Source: Azolla caroliniana (taxonomy: Eukaryota; Plantae; Polypodiophyta). From it: a stretch of 64,000 nt of DNA. Positions within the stretch are counted from its first letter, which is position 1, and every line of letters starts with the position of its first letter. Where the stretch lies: positions 5,952,001-6,016,000 of the forward strand of contig JBHGNT010000016.1 of the NCBI GenBank assembly GCA_043228905.1. Reading direction: 5' to 3'. The notes beneath the pieces are model-generated. The model had not been told where the DNA came from and searched no databases. It worked only from the letters and a program-made list of their open reading frames with translations. Positions 49,424 through 61,557 of the stretch are shown in pieces. Made by a program: the position numbers and the translations under genes.

Positions 49424-51318
49424 CAGTATCCGACCAGAAAAAAACACGAGGAAACTGCCCTAGCCGATCCTCTTGGGCGGCCGCCCAAATCTGATTTTTT
49501 TTTGTTGTTGTCAAAAGCAAAAAAAAAAAAAAAAACCTAGCAGTTTTTCTTTTTTCCTTCCTTTTTTCTTGTGTGTGTGAATAGAGAGAGGCCTTGCCAA
49601 AATCCTGCTTAATTCTGAAAAAATCAGAGCTTAAATCCATCAAAACCAGTTTATTCTGGTTTTTAATTTTAATTTTAATTAAGAAATTTAATTAAATTTT
49701 TTTGTTCCTCAATGGATCAATTCTGTCACACACACACACACACTCTCTCTCTCTCTCTTCGTTCTCTCTCTTCTCTCTCTCTAGAAGAATGAGAGAGAGA
49801 GAGAGAGAGACCTCTGTGTGTGTACTCCCTCCATCTCTGCAGAGAAAAGACAGAGGAGGTAGACGAAGAACAGCAGACAGATGATCGAAAGCTAAACCTC
49901 CTCCCCAATTGCGCCTGCGTTTTGACTCCTCCGTCCATTGCCTCCCTGCTCCTCTCCCTGTTCCTCTCCCTCCAACCGATCACTGTCTATTGTTGCCCCC
50001 CTCCCCCCTTTCGAATCTCTGCTGCCACAGCTGTCGCTTCTCTGAACCGCCCCCCCTCTCCAACGATCCACCAACATCTCTGAAGATTCGGTATGTTTGC
50101 TCAAAATCTAACCTTCCGCGTTTTCTTTCCCTGTAGTAGAATTTTAGGGTTTATTGCAGAATAGCCGACTTTCATTCTTCTTATATAGTGATTTCAATCG
50201 TGATGATCATTTTGAACTGATGATCATAGTTGTAGATATGTGTTCAACTGACTGTGATGAGCATCTACTTTGTGCATTGACACATAAAAATGCGCAAATT
50301 AATATTATTGGTGTGTTTTAGCTAGTTTTTTGCAAGCTCTTCTTTATTGGCGTGTGCTAAAATGAATGATAAGTTTGTTTAATTTGTGCATTGATATCTT
50401 GAAATGCTCAAATCAACTCTTTTTTTGTGTGTTCTATCTAGTATTTTGCCAGTTCATCACTCTATACATAAGCTACAATAAATATCAAAGGTTCTTACTT
50501 GGTGCATTGGTGGATTGGTGCATAAAAAGTGCACAAATGAACTATATTTTGTGTGTTTAAGCTAGCGTTTCACAAGCTCATCATGCAGATATATGGTAAA
50601 TTGAGTGTTAAAGGTGTTTACTTTGTGCATTGACGCATAAAAATCCACAGGTGTGCAGTTCCCATGTTTGAGAAGTTTATAAGTGTAGCCGTGATTTTAC
50701 GTTTTAATAATTGTTGTGCAAGGTCGTCAGTGTAGATATATGGTAAATTGATTGCTAAGCATGTTTACTTTGTACTCGATACATGGGGATGCATATATGT
50801 AATATGATTTATGTGCTTTAGCTAATATATTGCACGGGCATGACGATAGATATATGTATGTGTATTATATTGTAATTAAAAATTCCATCTGTTCAACAAA
50901 TGTTTAGACGTGTTTCTATTTACAGTACACTTCTCTTATTAATTTTGTAGAGTATGTGATGGTTGATGGATGCATGATGCGAGATGATACATCTATTGAA
51001 GCTATGTTTAGATGTGTTTCTATGTTTATACTTGCTCTATTGAATGCCCAGATAATTTAATGATAAATGAGTGCACAATGCTGGAGGGTACATTGCTTCA
51101 TATCTGCTTTTTAACTTTTGCATGGTTTGACATTGTAAAATCTAACATCCTCATTGTGTCAATATGATCAGAGGATGTGTCAGCTGGCTTACATTCTGGA
51201 ACCTGGCGAGAGATTGAACAATATGATATGTCCACATACCATTTTATAGAGGATTCTGTTGCAAACTAGGTTCAATTTTGGAGCATCAGCAAGAGGTGCA
51301 TGAAAAGGGAAAGAAGTA

Positions 51319-54300
51319 ATGGCTGCCAACCCACGGTTTGAAGTTGCTTCTAGCAGTCCAGAAAGTACTGCATTCAGCTACTCAGTTTCTCATAGAACTC
51401 ACTTTGCAAGTGGAACCAATGGACCAAGTCTTGAAAGGTCGACAAGTTTGCGGGAGAATCATGACAGTAGTGGGAGATTAGTGACTCCAGGAGGATCAGG
51501 GCAAACCTTTACAAGTCCATCTAGTTCTAATAGTCTCGGAGAACTTCTACCGATGTCACAAGTCCTTTCTTTGGAAGTGATATCATCAGGAGAGCAGAAA
51601 TATGCTCGGCAATTGGAGCTGAGGAAGGCGACTGTTGCTGCAATGGCCATAATTGGGGAAGTTAATGGAAATTTGCAGCAAAAGCCTCTTGAGCAGCAAG
51701 GAGTAGAAGAACTCAAAAGGATAAGATTGAGCCTGCTTGAGAATGCCACCCGTGCTAGGTAGTGTTTGGCTGATTGGCTGCCTATAGCTAATTGTTTAAT
51801 ACTCCACGCTTTCTTAATTGGTAATCTATGCTTAGTCATATAGCATGCATGCACAATTTAAGATGAACTTGATGAAGAGAGATAGAGAAAAGATAGAGAG
51901 GAGAAGAGGAAGAGAAAGGAATGTTATATTATACCATTAGGGGAACAATACAAACTTCTTAGACTCCAACTAAAAACTCAACTACATAGAACTTTTTTAC
52001 TTTCTATGACTCTAAACGAAAATAGACTTCCCTTCTTCCCTCCTCCTACCAAGACTCTTCTCACTTCTTATAGACCTTCTATTCTTCCTCACTCACCCCC
52101 TTATGGCGAAGATTACCCTCCTATTTATAGGTTTTTGGTTGTGTTATTCTTGCTTTTAAAAAAAATATATACTCGAGTCCATGTGAGGCGTTTTTTTATA
52201 TCACTATTTCTCCATTGTAATCCTAATTTTTTCATATGGTATTTTTGGAAAGCTCTCATTTTCAGATTTTTTATGAATCTTTTCTTTTGAAATTTGGATA
52301 TTGGATGAAGAAGTTATGAGCTTTTTTCTCAACCTAAATCTGCATATCTAGGCCTTGTTTTTTTTACACTTTTGAGAAATGCCTCTAACTTTACTCCCTT
52401 TAAGTTTCTTCCGTCTTTGATACTTCAACCTTTCATATCGCTCTTTATTCTTAGACGTCTTAGCATCCAACGTATTTGCAACAGTCTTTTCTTACGAACA
52501 AAAACAAACTTCACAGAACTCATTGATCAATTATTTCAAACTGTTTAGAGAGAGATCACGTGGATTATTGGAGGCAATAACGAAGCTCGATAAGTATCGA
52601 GCTTCGCTTCAGTTGCGAAAACGAGCTCGTGCTGAAACTCTTGGCGTTGAGAGGCTAGTAACTTCTGGTTCAGGAGAACGACCAATAACTGCCACAGGTG
52701 CTTCTGCAAATGCCAGCAAAGCAACTTTTTGTGCTTCACCAAGTCATACAAGTATTTCAGAAGGGAACATGGCCAAACCAGATGAGAAAGCCAAAGGCGG
52801 GGTCCCAAACAAACGGATGCGTACATCGATGCAAGAGGTCAGGGTAGGTTGTTAAATATATGGTCTAAAACACCCCATCTAACTGTTTTTTCTGACAATA
52901 GTATGGGGTTTCCTGTATTTTTTGCTCGTTTCTTTTATGGATACTCAGCTAGAGTACTTTTATGTCTTTATATAGCTTGAGAATCGTGTAAATACACCCA
53001 ACTTTCAGAGGTCGGCTTCTGGGATATGTGATCGAGAACGTGAGTCTATAAAGCTTGGGGTTCTATCTGATGAAAAAGATCGTTTAGGACAAGGTTCTGG
53101 AGAAGGATGGGAGAGGATGAAGACAAAGGGTAAAAGATCAGCAACAAAATCAGAGTGTGTTATTGCAGTTGGAACATCAGAAATTGATCGGGATCATAAA
53201 TGGGGTGCTCAGCATCGAACCAACACTGATAATCGCCCAAGGCCAAGTGAAGGTCATAGCTTCAGGTGAGGTTTTTCAAGAATGTGAGGATAAATCATTT
53301 GATCATTAAGGGAAATTTGATGAATACATGTTGCCTGGAACAGGTCTGGTCCGGTGCATGGGGTAGTATCTATACATAAGTCATCTGTAAGGAATGAGTC
53401 TGATAGTGCAGTTTCTGTTGGAGATAAAGGAGATCGGTTGGCTTTCCCAGAAAAAGAACGGATAATGCTGAAGAGTGGTACAAAGTATGCTGGAAATATG
53501 ACTATTAAGTGATTTAGTTATGTTTTCAACTATCGTTTTATGCTTAGTTGATGTTATTACATCGCAGGTTGTTACAAAAAGATGAAGGGTCACTTGTAAT
53601 TCCAACCACGGTTGGGAAGGCAAAGGTTGCACGAGCACCCCGAACAGGTACTGGGATTTCTATAAACCCTACTGGAGCTCATGCCTCACGTCCACATTCG
53701 GCTGAACTGTGGGATCGTCCATCGGCTGCCAGCTCAGCAGCGGCTCCTAACAGAACTCAAATCCCCGTAGGCCCAACTAATCGGAAGAGACCCACACCAA
53801 CAAGATCTTCATCTCCTCCAGTAGCACAATGGGTTGGTCAAAGATCACAGAAAATGGCTCGAATAGCACGAAGAATAAATGTTGCACCTCCTGTTGCTCC
53901 CACTGGTGTTGGTAGGGAAGAAGGCGTGAGTGTGGCAGCAGAATGTGATAGCATAGCTACCCCTACTGGTGTCCGATCGAACCTTAGTATATCTCCAGGT
54001 TCTGGCTTTGTAAAAAAGGTCACATGCGCCTCAGCTCTTTCTCAAATGAAGACAAAACCAGATAGAGCTCCTTCTCCCGCTGGGCTTTCGGAGAGTGAGG
54101 ACTCAGAAGGGGGTGATATCAAATCAAAGGAAAAGTGGAAGAAACATGGAGATGCTGAAGCTAGGTTTGCAGCTATCAATCAGAAAATGGCGCCCTTATT
54201 TAGTACTGGGAAAAAGTCACGGGTAAGCAAAGAAGAAAGTGGAGATGGGATACGGAGACAAGGTCGGAGTGGGCGGACTGTGATAGCTGTAAGAGAAAGC

Positions 54301-57300
54301 TCCACAGTACCTCAAGTTGAGAAAGGAGATGTCGCAGCTGCAAATGCAAAGCAATTGAGGAGTGCAAAGCCAGGGACTGAGAAACCAGAGAAGAATTCTG
54401 ATGTGTAAGCTTAATTTTTTTTTACGTTAGTGTGCTTTCTAGAATTCTAATAAAAAATGTAATATTAATGTATCATTATCTGCTCAATTATGAGACAATA
54501 AATCATCTATCTTTCAGCAAGCCTGGAAGACCACCTTCAAAGAAGGGTGGAATAGGAGACCGTAAAGCCTTAACTAGACCAAGACGTCCGGCCATTAATG
54601 GCAGTGAAGTTTCAGGTAGGCAGAGGTTTAAGATATTATATGTGCAACCTCAATATCTCAGCATGTTTGGAAATCGGGATCTTAGATGCATGTGTCTGGT
54701 ACTAGCAGAATCTGATGATGATCATGAAGAGTTGGTTGCTGCTATACAAGCTGCAGTAAATGCTGGCTGTAAGTTTCATGTTTATTGATATTCTGAGATG
54801 AGTTGTTCATTAACCTGTTGGTGATGTAATACGTTTCCGATTTGTAGTGCATGCTTGTTCTAGTGTATTCTGGAAAGAGATGGAGCCCTTCTTTGCTTAT
54901 TTAACTCATAATGCAAGAGAAAGCCTGAGAATACAAGTGAGTTTTTTGGTTGGACATTTTAAACATGGTTGATATTTAGATAGAAACGTTATTTATAGCT
55001 TCTGTGCTGTACATTTCAGGTAAAGGCTAGAGAATTTAAAGAGGAAGAAATATTTCTAGGATTATTCACGAGTGATTCTGCTGTTGAGAAGGTTTGTATA
55101 TATTGTTATTATGAGTCTCTCTCCAAAAAAAAGTGGGAGTTTTCTACAAATCTATGTTGATTTGTTGCAGAATCCGATGTATCTAAATTCTTCTGACGCT
55201 GCCAAAGTGACAAACTTGATAAATGGCTCAGAGGTCAATGGAGTTGCAGTGTCAATGGCGTTCAATAATTTAAAAGAAGAACAAGTTGTTGCTGTTAGAA
55301 GTGGAGGTTGGATCAATTCCAAGCAACTGCCTCTCTCTCAAAGGCTTTTATCAGCTCTCATCATTGAAGAGGATGTTGATGATGCATATAAAGAAGAGCT
55401 TGAGCCTCAGGGTTTTGGCAGAGATGGGTCTTATCATGATCCAATTGATAGTGAACAAGCCGGCCTAGAGAAAGAACAAGATTCAGAAGCAGAAGTAGAG
55501 ATAAGGAAAGGTGACAATGGGAAACTCAATGGAAGTTCAAAAATATCACCATATGAATCGTCTTATATGTCTAATGGCCATAGACATTGGGATTCAGAAT
55601 CTGAACTCCGAATATCTCCTGCAAAGTCTGAACGAAGGAAAGAAGAAGAAGAACATCCTGCAGATATCAATGAATTAAAAAAATGGGATGGCGCATATCA
55701 GGACTTAAAGTTGGATGACAGAATAGCCTTGGAACTTCAGAGTATAGGATTATACCCAGAACCTGTATGTGCTTACATTCTCTATTCTAAGACAGTTCCT
55801 GAATGCTCTCTCTCTCTCTCTATATATATATGTATCTGTGTGCATTGTATCTCGTACTAAGTCTCCGTGAATGGTTCCTAGAATGAGTTCGTGGTGAGAG
55901 AAGATGATCAGATTGCTGAGGAACTAAAGAAGTCTTACATAGATCTTAAAGAGCAGGTATGGTTTTTACTAAGAGTGTCTCATTCTCAGGATTCTTGTTG
56001 AGCCAAGTCTTAACTCTTTTGTGGGACAGATACATACAAATAAAGCAAGGTTGTCCTCATTGGGGAAAGTTGTTTCTAGTTCCCAGGAAGCTGAAGAAAG
56101 GTATTAAATCTGATTTGCCTAATTTCTGGATGAATTCTAGTGTTAAGTCTTGTTTGCCTCAGTAATTGGTTTTTGCTTGAGTTCTTTGGTCTACTGTTCG
56201 GTTGAAGTTCTTGTAGTTATTTGTTTAGGCCGTTAATAATCATCAATACCCATCATGGTGTTAATGTGCTCAATGAAGATGCTATCAGAACTGATAAACC
56301 CATGATCGAAAATCATGTATTGATGATAGAAAGCTTCATTGGATGCACAGAGCTTTCTCAAAGTTTTAGTGATCTTTGTTTTACTCTTTTATACTCAATT
56401 TGTTTCTAAATATTGATAGTATTAAAGTGGTGTTTTTGATGCCCTATAGAGAGCGAGAGCAATTGGCTATGAGGAAACTTCTGGAGAATGCATTCAGTAA
56501 ACGCTTGGTAGGAACTTCATTTTTTGCACATTTCACTTTATACAAAAATAGAACTGTTTTTTGGTCTAAACCCAGATGAACTTTGTCTTCCTTGGTTTGC
56601 ATTACAGAGCATTAGACATCATTGTTATACTTTATACTAAGGTTAAAGTTCTTGCCATAACAAGCTAACTCATTCAATGTTGCTTGCATGTGCCTTTTTT
56701 CGTGAATAGAGCTGATGTATTAATTAATGCACATTTTACAACTACAGAAAAAGAGCATTAAGGAGATAATGATGAGTTAAACATATGTCAAGGAGTCTTA
56801 ACAAATTTTATCTCAGCATCTCGGCATGTATTGGAGTGCCTTCATTAAGACTCCTATGCATTAGTGCATGTAATTTCACTCATGCATCAAAGAATCATGG
56901 ACACTTCAATTATTCCTCCAGTACATAGGAGATAACTGACTCTCCCCCCCATATAATCAGCCACAAGCAAATGAATTTCTTTGACAGAATTGTGACTTTT
57001 GTTTGTATTTTCAGGGTAACCGTGGAGGTCTTTTGGGAGTTTCAGGTAGTAAAAGTGCAGCATCCAAGGCAGGGAGAGCTACTGCTTTGGCAATGGCAAA
57101 AAGATGTATAGCAAGGTGGAAACATTTTGTGGAGACCGGAGAGAGTTGTTTCACAGAAGCTGGTCTACGGGAAGTTCTTCTGTGTATTTCATCCAAAGAT
57201 GGAGAAACAAAAGCATCCCCTAGCTGTGCTGAGTTCCGAGCCAGTATCAACTCAGTTGGACTATCTTTGATGGGTTCTCTGGAACTAAAATTGGCAGGTT

Positions 57301-58675
57301 TGCTCCTCACCAGAAAAGTGGGAAATTTGATAAATCCACCAATTCCTACCCCAGCCTCTGTTTTTGCAAATCATTAATTGAAAGATCAAAGGAAAAAAAA
57401 CAATAAATCAATCAAAATACCACTTATGCATACATATATCTGAGCGTACAACAATCCTGCACATTTCTAAAAGCCTAAAAGAGACATAAAGAAATATTTC
57501 GAGCTATCATTTTTTCCATGAATTCTTTGCTTGAGCATGCATTTAATACCAATTCATGCATCCTTTCAAACCTGTTTCCAGAGTCAATGGTCTTGCTTTT
57601 GGAAAATCATTAAGGAAAAGAAAGATAAAAAGGATTATATCATCAAAATCCAAATATATAGACATACATACATGTGTTTGATTAACCGAAAGAACAAAGG
57701 GAAAGAAAGATAAATCAATCAAAATACCACTTATGCATACATATGTCTGAGCATGCGACCATCCTACTGCACATTTCAAAAAGCCGAAAAGAGACATAAA
57801 GAAATATTTCTAGCTATCATTTTTTCCGTGAATTCTTTTCTTCAGCATGCATTTAACGCCAATTCATGGATCTCTTTAAACCTGTTTCCAGAGGCAATGG
57901 TCCTTGCTTTTGGATAATCATTAAAGAAAGAAAGATAAAAAGGATTATTTCATCAAAATCCTAGAAGGCATTTCTTTTGGAAAAGATACTATGCTATTTG
58001 AGGAATCAGTGACTGTGAAATGCTCTACTAAGGTTGTTTTCAACTGTAAATGTAGGTTCAGCAGGAACGAGATGGATTTGTCATGCACCAGGAGCACACA
58101 AAGCTGACAAGGATTCTTCAGAAAGATCAGGAGAGAAGAATGATGTATGGTGTAATCGATCAAAAGAGAGAGAGGTTCTTCTTGAAGATGTGGTTGCAAG
58201 TGTTGCTGTTGGTAGTGTTCCTTGCGGAAGTAAGGGCAAACGGAGTGAGAGGGAAAGGGATGCTAGTCATGTCAAAGGGAGTGGTCGGCATGGCCTCACC
58301 GGCACAATTAAAGGTGAGAGAAAGACAAAAACAAAGCCTCGGCAAAAGACTGCTCCGCTATTGAAGGCAGTGAATGGGCTGCTGGCTAAACCGAATGAGT
58401 CATTGGAAAAGTCAGGAGTGAGAGTCAAACCAGAATCTTCCTTGTTAGGTCCTGGAGTGGGAATGCAGCTGGGAGGAGAGCCAACCCTTGACTTGACTCA
58501 TTTGCAAATTCCTGGAATGGATGACCTTGTAGTCAATGGTGACCTTGAAGGTCAAGGCCAAGATTTGGGTTCTTGGTTAGACTTTGATGATCCAGGTTTA
58601 CCTGATGCTGGAGGAGATTTCATGGGTCTGGATGTACCAATGGATGACTTGGCGGATCTTGCCATGATGATGTGA
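51319..58675 (+). CDS. SAGA complex subunit, SCS1/SCS2 (ADA3-like) family, like Arabidopsis At2g19390/At4g29790/At5g22450. Exons 51319-51758, 52549-52843, 52976-53265, 53344-53484, 53568-54404, 54518-54615, 54706/54709-54768, 54848-54936, 55020-55091, 55171-55764, 55882-55956, 56030-56100, 56450-56507, 57015-57297, 58056-58675; probable 5' UTR intron 50091-51171
   Basis: Family motifs SSSPPVAQWVGQRSQKMARIARR, GLSESE, GDGIRRQGRSGR, KPGRPPSKK, ESDDDHEEL, FWKEMEPFF, PLSQRLLSALI, LELQSIG, KGKRSERER, KGERKTKTKPRQKT and GQDLGSWL..MGLDVPMDDLADL; consistent GT-AG phases. Confidence 0.9.
51870..52515 (-). mobile_element. Solo LTR inside the first coding intron of the SAGA gene
   Basis: TG...CA ends; perfect 5-bp TSD GAACT (51865-51869, 52516-52520); CTATTTATAG is a TATA box on the minus strand. 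Confidence 0.82.
57380..57965. repeat. ~305-bp tandem duplication in the last SAGA intron
   Basis: ATAAATCAATCAAAATACCACTTATGCATACATAT...AAAGGATTAT.TCATCAAAATCC appears twice with scattered substitutions. Confidence 0.9.
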
Positions 58676-60166
58676 GGTGCCCGATTTGTTTTAATGCTTT
58701 CTGGAAGCCAAAAACAGGAACAGACAAAGCATTAGAGAATATATACCACAATACAGCTGTTTACAAAACCTCTTATAGACAGCAACTTGGGGTTTGTTTA
58801 TTACCTGAGGTTCCTTTGTAACAAAATGTTTGCAAATGGCGGACCTCGTTGATGTACAGAGTAGCCAGGATCGTTTATATCTACAAGAAAGCTGTAGCAG
58901 TAGCAAATTACCTGATTAAAAGGCATATCAAAGTGATCCATATGACCGGGATTGCTGCTCAATTCATTGCTGAAGCATTTATAACACCACTTTGTACACT
59001 TATAATTCTTGAAACGATGAACATTTCAGAGTTCTCATTGGGAGAATGCATTGTAATTTATGTTCTTTGGAAGCGTTGGCTTCTTCTTTTGTATTTGTTA
59101 TTTTTTGCATTTGGGATTCTTGATGTGGTGAAAAAACTTTTGATTTTAGTGTAAAGGATATGGAATGAACTTGGTTAGTTGGTGGTAGTATTCTTCTTAG
59201 CTACATGAGACTGTTCCACACTCCTTTTTGGTGCCACTATTAACTCTCTAAATTCAAAAGTTGAGAAAACATGCCACGAGGATTGAATTTGAAGTATCAA
59301 ATGATCTCAAAGGAAGTTGGAATATAGTAAATGAGGGGATATTCCTGATAGTATACTGTCATTTGGGTTTTCCTATTAACATGGCCTACACTTGAATTTA
59401 GAGATTTTGCTCCAATTTAAGTGCCAATGTCTAGGTAACTTACTGATGAGACTTGTGTCATGGAATTCAGCAAAGCGTACATCCACTATGTATGATTTTG
59501 TTGATTATTATCATTTCAGAAGTAGGCGGTGTGGATTATGGTTGATTGTAGTGGATATTATGACAATTTTGTAGCGAGTGGTTTTATTGAGAAAAAAATG
59601 AGTCCCTTTTGCACTATACACTGAATCTGTCCAAATACCAATATGAAATCGAACAACAAATCTGTGAAGAGAGTTACAAAATGTCTAGAATCAAAACGAA
59701 ATATAACAACAAATATAGGTTAAGAGAGTTACAAAATGTCTAGCATCAAAACATGAACATAGTTTGTGGGTACAAGAAAAATGGTTTCTTATATATCTCA
59801 ACTGAATTACCATGGGCTTATAATCAACCAGTACACAGCATTCACATAAAAGTTTGGCATGGATGATAAATAAAATATTATTAAAATTACTAGTATTCTA
59901 CAGTCAGTGTAGAGTATACTTGAAAATGATAGTAATCACTAGAATTATGTTCTTTTTGTTAAGCGGAGTTAATGCACTCATTAAGCAACCAAGAGGTCAA
60001 TTGCATTGCAATTGTAGATGAGTCAAATGCAAGATGCCAGAAACTGTCTGTACAAGTAATTAACCTAGATCCAAGTAATATTTGAGGTCCTAAAAATTGC
60101 TTTAGATCATTGTTGTGGCAAGTAGTTAAAAAGTATGCCCTCCATATTTATGCCATATATTTTCGC

Positions 60167-60256
60167 TGATTTAGTAAATGCCATTGTAGAATGTAGGGAT
60201 TGAACACATGACCTTCTGTTCTCCGCTGGACAACCTTACCAATCAAGCTATGCATG
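60167..60256 (-). mobile_element. tRNA-derived SINE, family A, copy 3
   Basis: Reverse complement TAGCTTGATTGGTAAGGTTGTCCAGCGGAGAACAGAAGGTCATGTGTTCAATCCCTACATTCTACAATGGCATTTAC aligns to the other two copies. Confidence 0.7.
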
Positions 60257-60329
60257 TGTCAATATGATATGTGCAAGGTTTCTCCCTTAGCACAAGAGAC
60301 TGTTTTGAGTTACTTAGCATAAGAGACTG

Positions 60330-61070
60330 TTTAACTCCTTGAAGGCTTTGTCAAAACAATCCATATAAAATAGATCAAATGCAATGATATTACCATATTC
60401 TTACACTAATCAAGAGTTTGTTTAGGTAGGATCAACTTTAACTCCTTGAAGACTTCCTCAAAACAATCCACATAAAATAGATCCAATGCAATGATATGTC
60501 CATATCTATCAATAAATTGTTTCAAAGGGTCTCACCTTCTCATTTGGGTCTATCTATTCCTCCAAATGAATGAAGAGCTTTGCTAAGACCAGTGACCTTG
60601 TTAATGTAACAACACAATATGTTGACTACTGCAAAAGAGCAGTTTTGAGTCTTGATAGATTTAAACTTATGCCCACTTGTTAACATTTAGCTACAAGCTT
60701 ATCCAAACATCTGGTTACTCTAATATTTATCCCATGAAACTGCATAAATATCCATTATATCATGCCACCAAACAATTATCGTAATTGTTTTTTTCATGAA
60801 TACCCCCACAAAGTCCTCATTCTATGACACGCCATTCTGTATCGACATCTATGGAGTAATCCACATATATTTGTAAAGACTGTACCTGATAAAAAACAGA
60901 TACAGTGTCTATTTATGCATACATCATATCGTGCCAAAGAGTTATCCTGATTGTTTTCATCATGAATACCCCCAAAATGTCCTCATTCTATGACAGGCCA
61001 TTCTGTATCACCATGAATGGCGTCATCCACATATATCTGTAAAGACTGTACCTGGTCAAGAACAAATACA
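60330..61070. repeat. Two local duplications (~60 bp at 60330/60438; ~165-bp unit at 60760/60925)
   Basis: TTAACTCCTTGAAG..AAAACAATCCA..ATGCAATGATAT occurs twice; TCATGAATACCCCCA..GTCCTCATTCTATGACA..GTAAAGACTGTACCTG occurs twice. Confidence 0.8.
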
Positions 61071-61557
61071 GCTCATGATTAGCTACATTGTCCATTTATG
61101 CATCCATGAAGGGAAGTGGAATAGGGGGATTGGTGCTGCTACATCTTGCAAAGTTACTAATCAGTTTTCATGAATGCAACTCTTGGGAGTTTACCAATTT
61201 CTATCTTCACATCCATTATGAATGTGGATTCATCTAATACCTTCGGTTTACAAGTACTACATCCTCATGAAAGGAGATCCTATCCATAAAATGCTTTTCT
61301 TTCAAGTCCTCACGATGCAAATCAAACATAGACCAACTCCTTAATCTCCTCAGGTAGCTCTTTAGGTATTTTTAATAACCCAGGATCGTGAAATTCGAAT
61401 CTTGCACTTGAATTTCTTTTCCATGATGTTTGACATGCATTTCTTTCTTGCTTGAGTAGATGCTATGGATCCACAACCATTGTGATTCATCTTGCTTTGC
61501 TCCAGTTTTTATGGTGATCATTGATGGCAGTACATAGTCCTAGACTATCTTAACATT

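Noticed and set aside
49233-50136. Cluster of short ORFs on both strands
   Set aside because: Produced by GA/CT microsatellites in the promoter and 5' UTR of the SAGA gene.
61380-61557. Frameshifted E+/DYW continuation of the PPR gene
   Set aside because: Downstream frames show no PGxSW, HSE or CxxC motifs.
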